The notes under the pieces are model-generated. The model was not told where the DNA came from and made no database searches. It saw only the letters and a program-made list of their open reading frames with translations. The translations under genes were made by a program, and so were the position numbers. Below are positions 9,898 through 18,801 of a stretch of DNA of 64,000 nt, one piece after another; position 1 is the stretch's first letter; the number at the start of each line of letters is the position of its first letter. Location: the NCBI GenBank assembly GCA_965208105.1, contig OZ242318.1, positions 2,080,001 to 2,144,000 on the forward strand, in the 5' to 3' direction. The stretch comes from Candidatus Latescibacterota bacterium (lineage in GTDB: Bacteria; Latescibacterota; UBA2968; UBA8231).

Positions 9898-11037
9898 ATG
9901 CGTAAATCTACGAAATTCGTCGCCTTGGACATACATAAAGATTCGATCACCGTCGCTCTTACCGGTGAGGGCCTCCAAGGGCCAAAGCTGTATGGAACGA
10001 TACCGTCTACGGGCGCTGCGTTGTCCAAGCTGGCGGGCCAACTGGCCCGTGGTGGGACCTCGTTGCGGTTTTGCTACGAGGCCGGACCCTGCGGCTACGG
10101 CGTCTACCGTCAGCTCACAGCCCTGGGGCACGCCTGCACGGTGGTGGCGCCCTCGCTGATCCCGCGTCGGCCGGGCGACCGCATCAAGACCGACCGCCGC
10201 GATGCTGTGTCTCTGGTGCGGCTTTTCCAACACGGCGAGTTGACCCCCGTGTGGGTGCCCGACGAAGCGCAGGAGGCGATGCGCGATCTGGAGCGCTGCC
10301 GGGAAGACTTCAAGCACGCCGAGCGCCGCGTGCGCCAGCGGCTGAACAGCTTCTTGCAGCGCCACGGCCGGATCTACTCCGGGCGCAGTCGCTGGACCCA
10401 AGCCCACTTTCGCTGGCTGGAGACCCAGCGCTTCGATCATCCGGCCCAGCAGATCGTCTTTCAGGAATACGTGGACGCGGTACAGGAAGCCCAAGGTCGG
10501 ATCCAGGGGTTGGACCAGGCCCTGCAGCAGGCGCTGGAGGGATGGTCTTTGGAAGGGGAGACGCGGGCTATGAGGGCGCTGCGCGGGGTAGACACGCTCA
10601 CCGCGGTTACGACCCTGGCCGAGCTGGGGGACCTCACCCGCTTTGACTCGCCGCGCCAACTGATGGCCTTCGTCGGTCTGGTCCCCAGCGAGCATTCCAG
10701 CGGCTCCCGCCAAAAGCGAGGGGCGATCACCAAGGCGGGCAACGCCCACGTGCGGCGCGTGCTGGTGGAAGCGGCCTGGTGCTATCGCTTTCCCGCCCGC
10801 AAGACGGCCGCCTTGCAACGACGCGCCGAACAGACCGCACCCGCCATACAGGCCATCGCCTGGAAGGCACAGAAACGCCTGTGTGGACGCTATCGACGGC
10901 TGAGTGGGCGAGGGATGCCGAAGAACAAGGTGTGCTGCGCGATCGCGCGGGAGCTTTTGGGTTTCATCTGGGCCATCGCCTGGGAGCAGAAACGCCCCGG
11001 CCGCCTCGTGGCCAGGAGACCTCGGATCGCCGCCTGA
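9898..11037 (+). CDS. IS110-family DEDD transposase/recombinase, apparently intact
   Basis: GGAGG RBS; ALDIHK, YEAGPCG, KTDRRDA, GLVPSEHSSG, ITKAGN. Confidence 0.92.
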   Translation: MRKSTKFVALDIHKDSITVALTGEGLQGPKLYGTIPSTGAALSKLAGQLARGGTSLRFCYEAGPCGYGVYRQLTALGHACTVVAPSLIPRRPGDRIKTDRRDAVSLVRLFQHGELTPVWVPDEAQEAMRDLERCREDFKHAERRVRQRLNSFLQRHGRIYSGRSRWTQAHFRWLETQRFDHPAQQIVFQEYVDAVQEAQGRIQGLDQALQQALEGWSLEGETRAMRALRGVDTLTAVTTLAELGDLTRFDSPRQLMAFVGLVPSEHSSGSRQKRGAITKAGNAHVRRVLVEAAWCYRFPARKTAALQRRAEQTAPAIQAIAWKAQKRLCGRYRRLSGRGMPKNKVCCAIARELLGFIWAIAWEQKRPGRLVARRPRIAA

Positions 11038-11039
11038 TA

Positions 11040-11315
11040 AGCTCATCGTCTCAGAAGCCGGCATAGGACCTTTGCTCATGTAAATCGAAACGGGACAGAA
11101 GGGACCGGTCAGGAGAATCCTCGAAGACACTATGAGGCGCCTTTTCAGGCTGACCCTCGACCCTAGATTGAGGCCGCTCCGCGACGCACCCAGGACAGGC
11201 GGTAGCCAACCCGCGAATATCAGTCGGATCAACCGTCGCTACAGCGTCCCTTCTGTTGCCGAACAAACTATGCAAAGATAACACCCGAAACGACCACCCC
11301 GGAGAGGGTTGACAA
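11040..11315 (+). ncRNA. Putative bridge/seek RNA of the IS110 element
   Basis: Non-coding stretch between transposase stop and right IR, where IS1111-type elements encode their guide RNA; boundaries approximate. Confidence 0.55.
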
Positions 11316-11362
11316 CCGTCAATACATATCAGTGTTGTGTCCTGCAAATAACTTCAATAATT

Positions 11363-11562
11363 GGAGGGCGCTGAAAGCGTCCATTCTCTCTAGTATTTCA
11401 AAAATTCGGCGCCGCGAAATAATGCAAGGAATTTCCAGGACGCAACACTAGTCTCGAATTTAGAGGCAAAGTCCCCTTTTTTTCGTACTGGACAGACGGA
11501 CTGTAGTGCCTTTGGCCAGGCCCCGATAGCGTACCTTGCGATGGCCCCAAAGGTGCTTGATG
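11363..11562 (-). mobile_element. IS5-family 3' remnant
   Basis: IKHLWGHRKVRYRGLAK fragment; IS5-like end GGAGGGCGCTGAA at 11363. Confidence 0.55.
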
Positions 11563-12006
11563 ACCCCACTTCCACGCTACTACGCACCCATCCGCCACCC
11601 TCTCGTCGGTCCCCTTCCCGGTGTCTCCGGTTATAGGACCTACCCTGCTCCGGCGGTTTCGCGCCGGGACGAGGAGGGCTTCTCCAGTTGCTCGGCATGT
11701 CCTTGCCATCATGCCGTCGCTGCCACCCCGCCGAAGTAAAGCAGCCGTCTCATTCAGCCTTCGGCTGCCCATGCTGCCTTCGCCGTACGGTTGTCGGCTC
11801 GGCCTTCGGGGCTTCGCATTTTCGGGGCCATCTCTGCGTTCACTTTCGTTACGGCCCGATGACTCGCAGTCTCCCCAGGGAGACTCTGTCGATAGGCTTC
11901 AGGATGTTGGTTTCCCGCCACCCTGCTATCCAAGCTACGGGGCCGCTGACTCCTACCCCGGCAGGACTGTCCTCCTGGTGAACATGCCAGCCTTCGCTGG
12001 ACACAC
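11563..12006 (-). mobile_element. Group II intron 5' part (about domains I-III), 3'-truncated, inserted in another intron
   Basis: Starts GTGTGTCCAGCGAAGG (GUGYG consensus) immediately after domain V of the outer intron; ends in a domain III-like GTAGTAGCGTGGAAGTGGGG. Confidence 0.7.
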
Positions 12007-12473
12007 AACCGGACATGTGACTCTCGGCGCATTCGGCTCTCCCCATATCCACTCCTATATGTGGCACCTAATCTCCCGTCCACTGGTGCAGCTCCAATTG
12101 CATCCCTCGTACCCGGGACACGGGCACTTCGAGGTCGGGCCACGGTGCGCCCATGTTCATCAGCGACCTCCATGGTATTTGTCGTTGCTGGGAATACGCT
12201 GTTGGGTCCTTCGCCATGTGACCGGCTTCCCCGGCCTCGAACTACTACGACCCCTCCGCCACCTCCCCTCGGTATCGACTTGCGACGAGCCTTCCCGCCG
12301 GTCCGCTCGCGAAGCGGGTGGAGGTGGGGCCGCAGGGAAGGTTCCCACGTTAACTGTCCTACCGTTCGACAGGGGAGGTACCCAACTATGCCTCTGCGGT
12401 ATCGCCACGGCTACGCCGAAGGCTTTCACCGTGGCCTCCCTACCGGCGACCTTTACCCGGCACAGGAGTTCCC
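12007..12473 (-). mobile_element. Group II intron with deleted RT ORF
   Basis: Domain V GAGCCGAATGCGCCGAGAGTCACATGTCCGGTT (12007-12039); domain I-III-like motifs (AACGTGGGAACC, GTCGTAGTAGTTCGAG); 30-aa RT N-terminal stub MNMGAPWP...MQLELHQW at 12068-12160. Confidence 0.8.
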
Positions 12474-13013
12474 AGCACCATTCAAGTCACCGCACAGGGG
12501 GCGACCTCGACAAAGGCCTGCGGGATGCCGCCCCAGCCGACGTAGAGGGAGAGTTTCTGCTTCTCCTCGGGGTCGGCAGCCGGTGGTTTTCGGCAGGGCT
12601 CTCGCCCTTCAGAGGGTTGGGTGCGGGTCCCCGAGGTTCGGATGTTCCTCCTCGCTCGGGAGAAATATCTCCTGATTCGCCAGTTCGTCCGCCGTCTCGT
12701 GATTCGCTCCGTTCGCCCTCGCGCGGTAATACACTTTGGCCGCCCTCTCCTGCGCCCTCACCACCATCGGCACCAGCTGGCCGTCCTTCTCCAGCTCCCG
12801 GCACATCTTCGGTCGGGCCTCCTTCCACTGCTGCAGGGCCTTCCAGCCCCGCCCGATCAGCTTCTCCCTCGTGTCTTCTTGCTCGTTCATCTCTCTCCTC
12901 CCGCCTGGTAGTGGTCGTTTCAATCCACGCCCCCGCACGGGGGGCGACTTGACGAAGCTGACGGTTGATGGACTGATTGACGTTTCAATCCACGCCCCCG
13001 CACGGGGGGCGAC
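12474..13013 (-). CRISPR. Type I-C mini-array: two perfect 32-bp repeats, one degenerate terminal repeat, spacers of 33 bp and 411 bp
   Basis: GTCGCCCCCCGTGCGGGGGCGTGGATTGAAAC at 12982-13013 and 12917-12948; 22/32 match (15/16 in its 5' half) at 12474-12505. Confidence 0.85.
12609..12890 (-). CDS. Small TnpV-like mobile-element protein located inside the CRISPR array
   Basis: RBS AGGAGAGAG then ATG; 93 aa WKEARPKMCRELEKDGQL...A.EL.N.EIFLP.E; family assignment from memory. Confidence 0.55.
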   Translation of the reverse strand: MNEQEDTREKLIGRGWKALQQWKEARPKMCRELEKDGQLVPMVVRAQERAAKVYYRARANGANHETADELANQEIFLPSEEEHPNLGDPHPTL

Positions 13014-13198
13014 TGTTGCAAGTTAATTCCTTGCGTACCAACACAAAAATTGCGCCACTGCGCGAACCACCAACTGGTGTTTTAGTTTCGCTAGCTACCG
13101 GCACTATCGTGACTCGAATCCCTTTAAGTTCCAATAAGTTATATAGTGCGCGGACCTCCCCGTGTTTACCTGACCGCTTGTGGTTCGCACCAGCCTTC
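13014..13198 (-). promoter_or_regulatory. CRISPR leader
   Basis: More AT-rich non-coding segment between cas2 and the first repeat, with GCGAACC...GGTTCGCG motifs typical of I-C leaders. Confidence 0.75.
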
Positions 13199-13489
13199 TC
13201 ACACAATCAATGTTCCGTTCAAGTCGGTGGCCGGCTTGGCACCGATGTGCTCTACACGTCGCTTCCCATTAGCACCGAGAAAATAATACCTGAGACTGTC
13301 GGTTTCCGGATTGATGATCGCCTCAAGTTGGACCTTCAAGGCGGCCCATTGCGCCGGCTCCACCTCAATCTCGAACACTGAAAACTGCACTCTTTGTCCA
13401 AAATCGCGACAGGTCTTAGCGACACGTCGTAAACGACGTGCGCCGCCATCGGATGTCGTCGAGACATCGTACGTAACGAGAACCATCAT
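13199..13489 (-). CDS. cas2: CRISPR-associated Cas2
   Basis: MMVLVTYDV...RLRRVAKTC...GQRVQFSVFE...DSLRYY. Confidence 0.95.
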   Translation of the reverse strand: MMVLVTYDVSTTSDGGARRLRRVAKTCRDFGQRVQFSVFEIEVEPAQWAALKVQLEAIINPETDSLRYYFLGANGKRRVEHIGAKPATDLNGTLIV

Positions 13490-13551
13490 GGTTGTTTGTT
13501 TTTTCTTCCTCGCGGATACGGCTGTCGTTTAAGAGGGTATGTTGAGTAGCC

Positions 13552-14586
13552 TTATTTCCATAACCACGGCGGGTGGGCGTCTAAGTCACCTCGAAGATGC
13601 CGAGCCAGCAATTGCGCTTGGAGATATGGAACCAAGCCGAGTGGTGCCTGCTCCCCAAGAAAAGGATGACGGCGCCCTACACGCTTTCGCTCCTGCCAAG
13701 CACTGAGAACGGTCTTGCGAGCGGCATCGCTCATTGAAACGCTGCCGCCTTCTCGGATTTGGAAGTCTTTAGCGCGTACTTGCCGACGATTGACTAGCGA
13801 TAGCGCGAGCCGGTCAGCCAAGACTGGCCGTAGCTCTTCCATAAGGTCTAACGCCAGACTCGGACGGCCGGGACGATCTCTATGAAAGAAACCCACGGCC
13901 GGATCCAAGCCTACGCTCTCGGCGGCAGAGTTGCAGTCGTGGACGAGAAGGGTATAGAGAAATGAGAGCAGGGCATTCACAGGGTCACGTGGTGGCCGAC
14001 GGTTGCGGCCAGCAAATGCCATCTCTGGTTCGGGTACGCGGATCAGGAGACCAAAGACCGAAAAATAGAGCCGTGCGGCCTCGCCTTCAAAACCTCGTAG
14101 CCTGTCAATACTGTCTTGGCCGTCGCTGATGCGTTGCACAATCTGCCGCAGACGATTCGTCGCGACGGACATAGCTTCGCAGCTAGAAGACTCAAGTTCG
14201 TCGCCATAGTCACGCTGTGCTCTTTGCAGGACGCTTCTCTGATTAGCGATCTTGCCGACGAGAATGCTGCGGACGATTTCTTCCGGTGTGTCGCTGGCTC
14301 CATACTGTGCACGACGCAGCAGTACATTGCCAGAAACTGGTCCCTCGACTCGGGCTTGGAATCGGCCGAATCGACTTAGGAGTACTAAAACGATGCCACC
14401 GGCAGCACATGCTTGGATCAGAGGTGGAGATATATAGATGCTGCCGAACACCACCACGGACCCAAGCATGTGGAATGGCACCCTCACACGTTCCTCGCCC
14501 TCTACTTCCGCGACCAGATTCTCGCCGTCCTTGGTCAGACGTGCTTCAGGCGTAGTAACGTATAGCGTATTGAGCAATCGCCTCAT
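13552..14586 (-). CDS. cas1: CRISPR-associated Cas1 (I-C)
   Basis: MRRLLNTLYVT, LRGFEGEAA, RRPPRDPVNALLSFLY, LALDLMEELR. Confidence 0.95.
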   Translation of the reverse strand: MRRLLNTLYVTTPEARLTKDGENLVAEVEGEERVRVPFHMLGSVVVFGSIYISPPLIQACAAGGIVLVLLSRFGRFQARVEGPVSGNVLLRRAQYGASDTPEEIVRSILVGKIANQRSVLQRAQRDYGDELESSSCEAMSVATNRLRQIVQRISDGQDSIDRLRGFEGEAARLYFSVFGLLIRVPEPEMAFAGRNRRPPRDPVNALLSFLYTLLVHDCNSAAESVGLDPAVGFFHRDRPGRPSLALDLMEELRPVLADRLALSLVNRRQVRAKDFQIREGGSVSMSDAARKTVLSAWQERKRVGRRHPFLGEQAPLGLVPYLQAQLLARHLRGDLDAHPPWLWK

Positions 14587-14588
14587 GG

Positions 14589-15311
14589 TTATTCTCCAGG
14601 CTCGACAAGATGCGATGCTAGAGTACGCGTTCGCCAAGCGAGAACCGAACGCTCCATTGCCTTCGGGCGACACTGGTCGAGCAGAGAACAGCCACGGCAC
14701 TTGGCCGCTTCATATTCGGCTGGGGGAGTGCAGCCTTGTGCAAAGAGTGCGGCAACCTGCTCGACGGTCGTCTCGGTCAGGGCGCGGAGTGCGGCGTCAA
14801 AAGACACTTCTTTCCGCCGCTTGGTTTGGCTGTAGTAAAAGGCCCCCATCGGCACCTCTGTACCGGTCAATTCTTCAAGGCACAGTGCCTGAGCGCAGAG
14901 TTGCACCTCGTCGGCTCGATGCACTTTGGCCTTGCCGCGTTTGAACTCGACCGGGAACGGGGTCGTGCCTGTCCGGCTTTCGCGGAATTCAACCATATCG
15001 GCGACGCCTGTAAGATTGAGCCGGATGCTGTAGATCGGGAGTGACATCACCTGACGCACACTCGCCTTGCGCCGGTGCCCTGCCTCGTCAATGACTTGAT
15101 GTAGCACCCGACCTTCGGCGGTAAACCGATTTTCCTCCCAAAGCCGTTCTAATTGGATCAGAGCGCATTGTCTCATACAGTACACCGCATGTTGCAGAGC
15201 CGACACGGGTATTGACTCCATTCTATGCTCTGATCCACGCACCTGCACAGGAGGAGCTCGCCCGGACTGTGTTTCACTCATCGTCATATCCACTCTGTTT
15301 GTTTCATTCAA
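14589..15311 (-). CDS. cas4: CRISPR-associated Cas4 (start may be 15221)
   Basis: ALQHAVYCMRQ, GVADMVE, PVEFKRG, QLCAQALCLEE, CRGCSLLDQC. Confidence 0.93.
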   Translation of the reverse strand: MNETNRVDMTMSETQSGRAPPVQVRGSEHRMESIPVSALQHAVYCMRQCALIQLERLWEENRFTAEGRVLHQVIDEAGHRRKASVRQVMSLPIYSIRLNLTGVADMVEFRESRTGTTPFPVEFKRGKAKVHRADEVQLCAQALCLEELTGTEVPMGAFYYSQTKRRKEVSFDAALRALTETTVEQVAALFAQGCTPPAEYEAAKCRGCSLLDQCRPKAMERSVLAWRTRTLASHLVEPGE

Positions 15312-15329
15312 TGTCCCGCACGAAGGCAG

Positions 15330-16274
15330 TTATGAGATCACCTCGATGGCCTCGACATTTGCTGGTATATCGTCTAAGTCGAGTTTCACGCGATAATCGG
15401 CAAAACTGCGAGCAGGCGGCAGGATGCTTTCGCTGCCATTCGTTTCTGTACGCTTCACACTTACCCTCTCAAAAAGCCTATGCGCGGGCGCGTTGCCCAA
15501 GGCACTAGCGTGCTTAAAGGCAATGAGCCGACGGGCAACCATTTCGCCGCGAGCAGCCGAATGGTCGTGCTCAAACATTTGCGTCAGGGAATCCCAGAGA
15601 ACATCGAGATCATCCGGTGAAAAGCCGGTGCGCTCGGCGAGCTTGGCGGATACAAAACCGTGCGCCCTATATAGCCCGTAGGGCACAATGTGTTTGCGGC
15701 CCATGGTGCGGTGCTCGATTCGCTCGTCGCCCTCGTTTGCGTCGTTGGTCTTTCCGCGCTCCTCCTTTTCCTTCTCGTTAGTCGCTGCCATGCGCGTAAT
15801 GGACACTTCGAGTGGTACGATCGGATCAATGGACCGCGCAAAGGTCAGCTGTACTGGGCCGCGTACTTGGCCACAGTTGATACCCATGCCCATTACCGCA
15901 CCGAAGACGCGCACATCAAAGAAATTGTTGCACATGAACCTACGCAGGGAGTCCATTTCCGCGTCGTTTTTTGGGCTTAGTTTCTTGCTGCTCTCGACAT
16001 TCTTGTCATTAGGACGCACAACTTGATACGCCTTTCGGTGTTGCTCGTTGAGCACAGCACCTTCTTGGACGTAGATCGCATAGCCGGACTCGTCGCCTTT
16101 TGCCAGCTCAACGAAATTGCGTATTTTGCGCTTGAGGCAAACATCCGTAACCAAACCGTGGTTGGTTTCCGGGTCGAGGCGCGGGAGGTTTCCCGCATCC
16201 GGATCGCCGTTGGGATTGCCGTTGTTGACGTCGAACAGATAGACGAAATCATAGCGGTGGTTAAGTGCAATCAT
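15330..16274 (-). CDS. cas7: Cas7/Csd2 (I-C)
   Basis: NGNPNGDPDAGNLPR, TDVCLKRKIRN, FFDVRVFGAV, HDHSAARG. Confidence 0.95.
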   Translation of the reverse strand: MIALNHRYDFVYLFDVNNGNPNGDPDAGNLPRLDPETNHGLVTDVCLKRKIRNFVELAKGDESGYAIYVQEGAVLNEQHRKAYQVVRPNDKNVESSKKLSPKNDAEMDSLRRFMCNNFFDVRVFGAVMGMGINCGQVRGPVQLTFARSIDPIVPLEVSITRMAATNEKEKEERGKTNDANEGDERIEHRTMGRKHIVPYGLYRAHGFVSAKLAERTGFSPDDLDVLWDSLTQMFEHDHSAARGEMVARRLIAFKHASALGNAPAHRLFERVSVKRTETNGSESILPPARSFADYRVKLDLDDIPANVEAIEVIS

Positions 16275-18082
16275 TCTTCGTTCTCCTTTTCTTCTTTTTT
16301 GGTGAAGAAAGCGTTTTTCTGGTGGTAGTAGCCAATGGCGAAGAGTGCTTGACGCTCCATCGTAAGCGTTGGCACAAACAGCTTCTCGGGTGTGGAGCAT
16401 TCGTAAATTTGGGTGATGTCCCGGTCAAGGCGAATCTCCGCCCCTCGACTTTTTGGGTCCTTCCGAAGTTTGGCCAAGTGGTTCATGGCGTTGCGTTGCA
16501 AGATAGGAAATACAGAACGCGGCGTGGCCGAAGCCGCCCCATAGTACTTATCGCGTATCGTGGCGTTGACATTGCCACCGAGAGCTTGCCTTTGCGCGTG
16601 CTCAAAGCAAGAAAATAGCCGACCAAGCAAGTAGCCAGGATCGACGTTTGTAGGATCAAGAGACACGAGATCATCCTCCTTTGTTGAGTTTCCAGCCGTG
16701 CGCCGATCGCGGCAAACCACGGCTTTGAGTAAGGCTACGCGCAGGTCCGTTATGGCTTTGTCTGACCGCAGGCGCATGAGAATCGTAGATAACAAGGTCT
16801 GCGGATAGGAACGACCCGTCAGGATGGCGCGCAGCATCTCCCCAGCGAGTTGGGGAGGGATATGTTCGTATGGGTTTTTCACCTTCGTCGTGGCGACCTC
16901 ACGTAGGCAGCGCCGAACGCTCGGCTGCTCTTGGCGTGGCGGCGGGTCAATACGCATATCCCGATAGTGCCAGAGGATATGCTCTGCAATCGTCGCAAAG
17001 TCGTCCTCCAGCCAGAAGCGAATCGAAATACGAGCTGCATTGGGGGCCAATCCCAACACATAAAAGCGCACACCTTGGGGCAAATCTGGACGGATTTCCT
17101 CCATGGGGCGGCCTCTTTTTATTTTTTCGAGGATAGTCTTGATGGCCTGCTCGCTTATTTCGTCGTCTGCGTCATTAGCGTCATTGACGGCGAAGGAAAA
17201 AATGGCCTCGCATTGCGCCTCGGCTTCTGCATCCGAGGCAACAGCCCAGAATACAGTCGAGGCGTCGCCGAGTTGGACTTTGTTTTCGTTGGTACGGAGA
17301 AAGTGGTTGAGCACAGTTGTATAGGCGGCGGCAGCATCCTCACTTACAGGCGCATTATCGCCCTGTTTATGCCCATACGACTCAAAGGCATCTAGATTGA
17401 AAGAGACGATGGACGCGCCGGCAGACTGTGCGCCACGCACCCCCTTGATCGAGGGATGCAAACGGGCGATAGGGGATAGATCTCCGGTCACCAAGCAGAC
17501 GGCTTGGCCCGACTCGTGATCCTGATTCATCTGCGAGGACCAGAGTTGACGTGCGGCCTCGCGGTCATGTATGAAGTTGTGCTCTCCCTTCAACCGGAAC
17601 ACCACATTGGCCCCCTTCATTTCATCTGGCCAGCCGAGGGCGTCGAAGTACTCTGGCTTCCACCATTGCAGGAAACGATAACAAGCCACAAGTCCTGCGT
17701 CGCTATCGTTTTGTAGGGCAAGGTGCCTGTTCTGAAAAGCCTCGTACTGGTTTTTCACCCGCTCGGCACGTCGCTCTCTGGTGTCTGGGTCCTCGCCTTC
17801 CAAGTCTTCCATAGCACCAAGCGCATACGACGCCTTGTCCCAGAGGAAGCTCGGCAACAGCGTTTTACCCGCCCGCTTTTCTGGTCGCGGAACTGAGTAT
17901 CGCGGGGCTACAGGTTTCTTCCCTGAGTGGTCTCGTAGGTCCATAGGCTGACCGTCGGGCTGGCCATCGGCTTTCAGGACGACGCAATAGTCGATCCCCT
18001 GGTCGGAATAGCCGATGGGCGGTACTTTGTCCTCTTTCTCGAGCCGGTGATAGGCTCGCTCAAGAGAAACTAGAATGCTCAT
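16271..18082 (-). CDS. cas8c: Cas8c/Csd1
   Basis: LWDKASYALG, CLVTG...RLHPSIKGV, SFNLDAFESYG, YLLGRLF, FAIGYYHQ. Confidence 0.95.
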   Translation of the reverse strand: MSILVSLERAYHRLEKEDKVPPIGYSDQGIDYCVVLKADGQPDGQPMDLRDHSGKKPVAPRYSVPRPEKRAGKTLLPSFLWDKASYALGAMEDLEGEDPDTRERRAERVKNQYEAFQNRHLALQNDSDAGLVACYRFLQWWKPEYFDALGWPDEMKGANVVFRLKGEHNFIHDREAARQLWSSQMNQDHESGQAVCLVTGDLSPIARLHPSIKGVRGAQSAGASIVSFNLDAFESYGHKQGDNAPVSEDAAAAYTTVLNHFLRTNENKVQLGDASTVFWAVASDAEAEAQCEAIFSFAVNDANDADDEISEQAIKTILEKIKRGRPMEEIRPDLPQGVRFYVLGLAPNAARISIRFWLEDDFATIAEHILWHYRDMRIDPPPRQEQPSVRRCLREVATTKVKNPYEHIPPQLAGEMLRAILTGRSYPQTLLSTILMRLRSDKAITDLRVALLKAVVCRDRRTAGNSTKEDDLVSLDPTNVDPGYLLGRLFSCFEHAQRQALGGNVNATIRDKYYGAASATPRSVFPILQRNAMNHLAKLRKDPKSRGAEIRLDRDITQIYECSTPEKLFVPTLTMERQALFAIGYYHQKNAFFTKKEEKENEE

Positions 18083-18738
18083 CGCAATACCTCCGGCGAA
18101 CTGGGAGAGGGAATTTCGACAACGCCCTGTTTCATCTCGGCCCAAAAGAAGAGCGGCTGTCGCTCGTTTGCGTGGTCAACATCCAAGAGCATCCAGCCCA
18201 AGTCGCGGCTTTCATCAATTGCCGGCGGCAGGTCGTCGTTCTCAATGAGTGTGTAGTCTGCGACAAATTCTCTCGTTCCGAGACAGGGCTGGTGAAAGCA
18301 CTGCCCGTTCCTAGCTCGGCGATTGAAGATGTCGAGATGCTTGCCCACGTTATCGCTTTCACTCGCTTCGTCCGTTAGGTCAAAGTGCGCTTCAATAGCG
18401 TAATCTACCTCGACTAGAACGGTGGCGGAGCGTTGCTGGCGATCATCCTCAATCTTGGTGTACAGGGTTTCAATGGATCCCTTGTTTTTTGCTGTGCGGA
18501 CGGTCCCCGTGGGAATTTTCTTACCGACTTCGTTGCGCCGAATTGACTGGAACTGAATTGGTTTGAGGACGTGAATACGGTCAATGCGCCAGACGATAGC
18601 CGGCTTCCAGTGAATGGCCTCCAAGATGCCGCGTGCCGCCGAAGGTGTCATTACGTCGTAAGACACTCGCTCGACCTTCATTTCCGGCCGAGTGAAACAG
18701 GCGTATCTGCCTCCCACCCGCAGACGTACTCCAAACAT
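18079..18738 (-). CDS. cas5: Cas5c/Cas5d
   Basis: ACFTRPEMKVERVSYDVMTPSAARGILEAIHWKP, LGTREF, DLGWML. Confidence 0.95.
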   Translation of the reverse strand: MFGVRLRVGGRYACFTRPEMKVERVSYDVMTPSAARGILEAIHWKPAIVWRIDRIHVLKPIQFQSIRRNEVGKKIPTGTVRTAKNKGSIETLYTKIEDDRQQRSATVLVEVDYAIEAHFDLTDEASESDNVGKHLDIFNRRARNGQCFHQPCLGTREFVADYTLIENDDLPPAIDESRDLGWMLLDVDHANERQPLFFWAEMKQGVVEIPSPSSPEVLR

Positions 18739-18801
18739 GGACTAACTCCTTTAATACGGTAATATGGTATTTCGATGCCTCCCGCAGGGAGGCCCTCATC
18801 A

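Larger units (their letters stand above)
9788..11328 (+). mobile_element. IS110-family element with IS1111-like layout
   Basis: Perfect 13-bp subterminal IRs TATGTATTGACGG (9788-9800, 11316-11328); long 3' non-coding region. Confidence 0.85.

Noticed and set aside
12007-12473. Functional RT system (RT-Cas1, retron, DGR) linked to the CRISPR locus
   Set aside because: Only a 30-aa RT stub with no YADD domain anywhere in the window, and no TR/VR pair seen
11621-12952. 443-aa plus-strand ORF as a new Cas-associated gene
   Set aside because: Runs antisense through intron RNA and a CRISPR repeat; low-complexity translation
12949-12981. Self-targeting by the 33-bp spacer
   Set aside because: No match noticed in the window by eye; needs a real search
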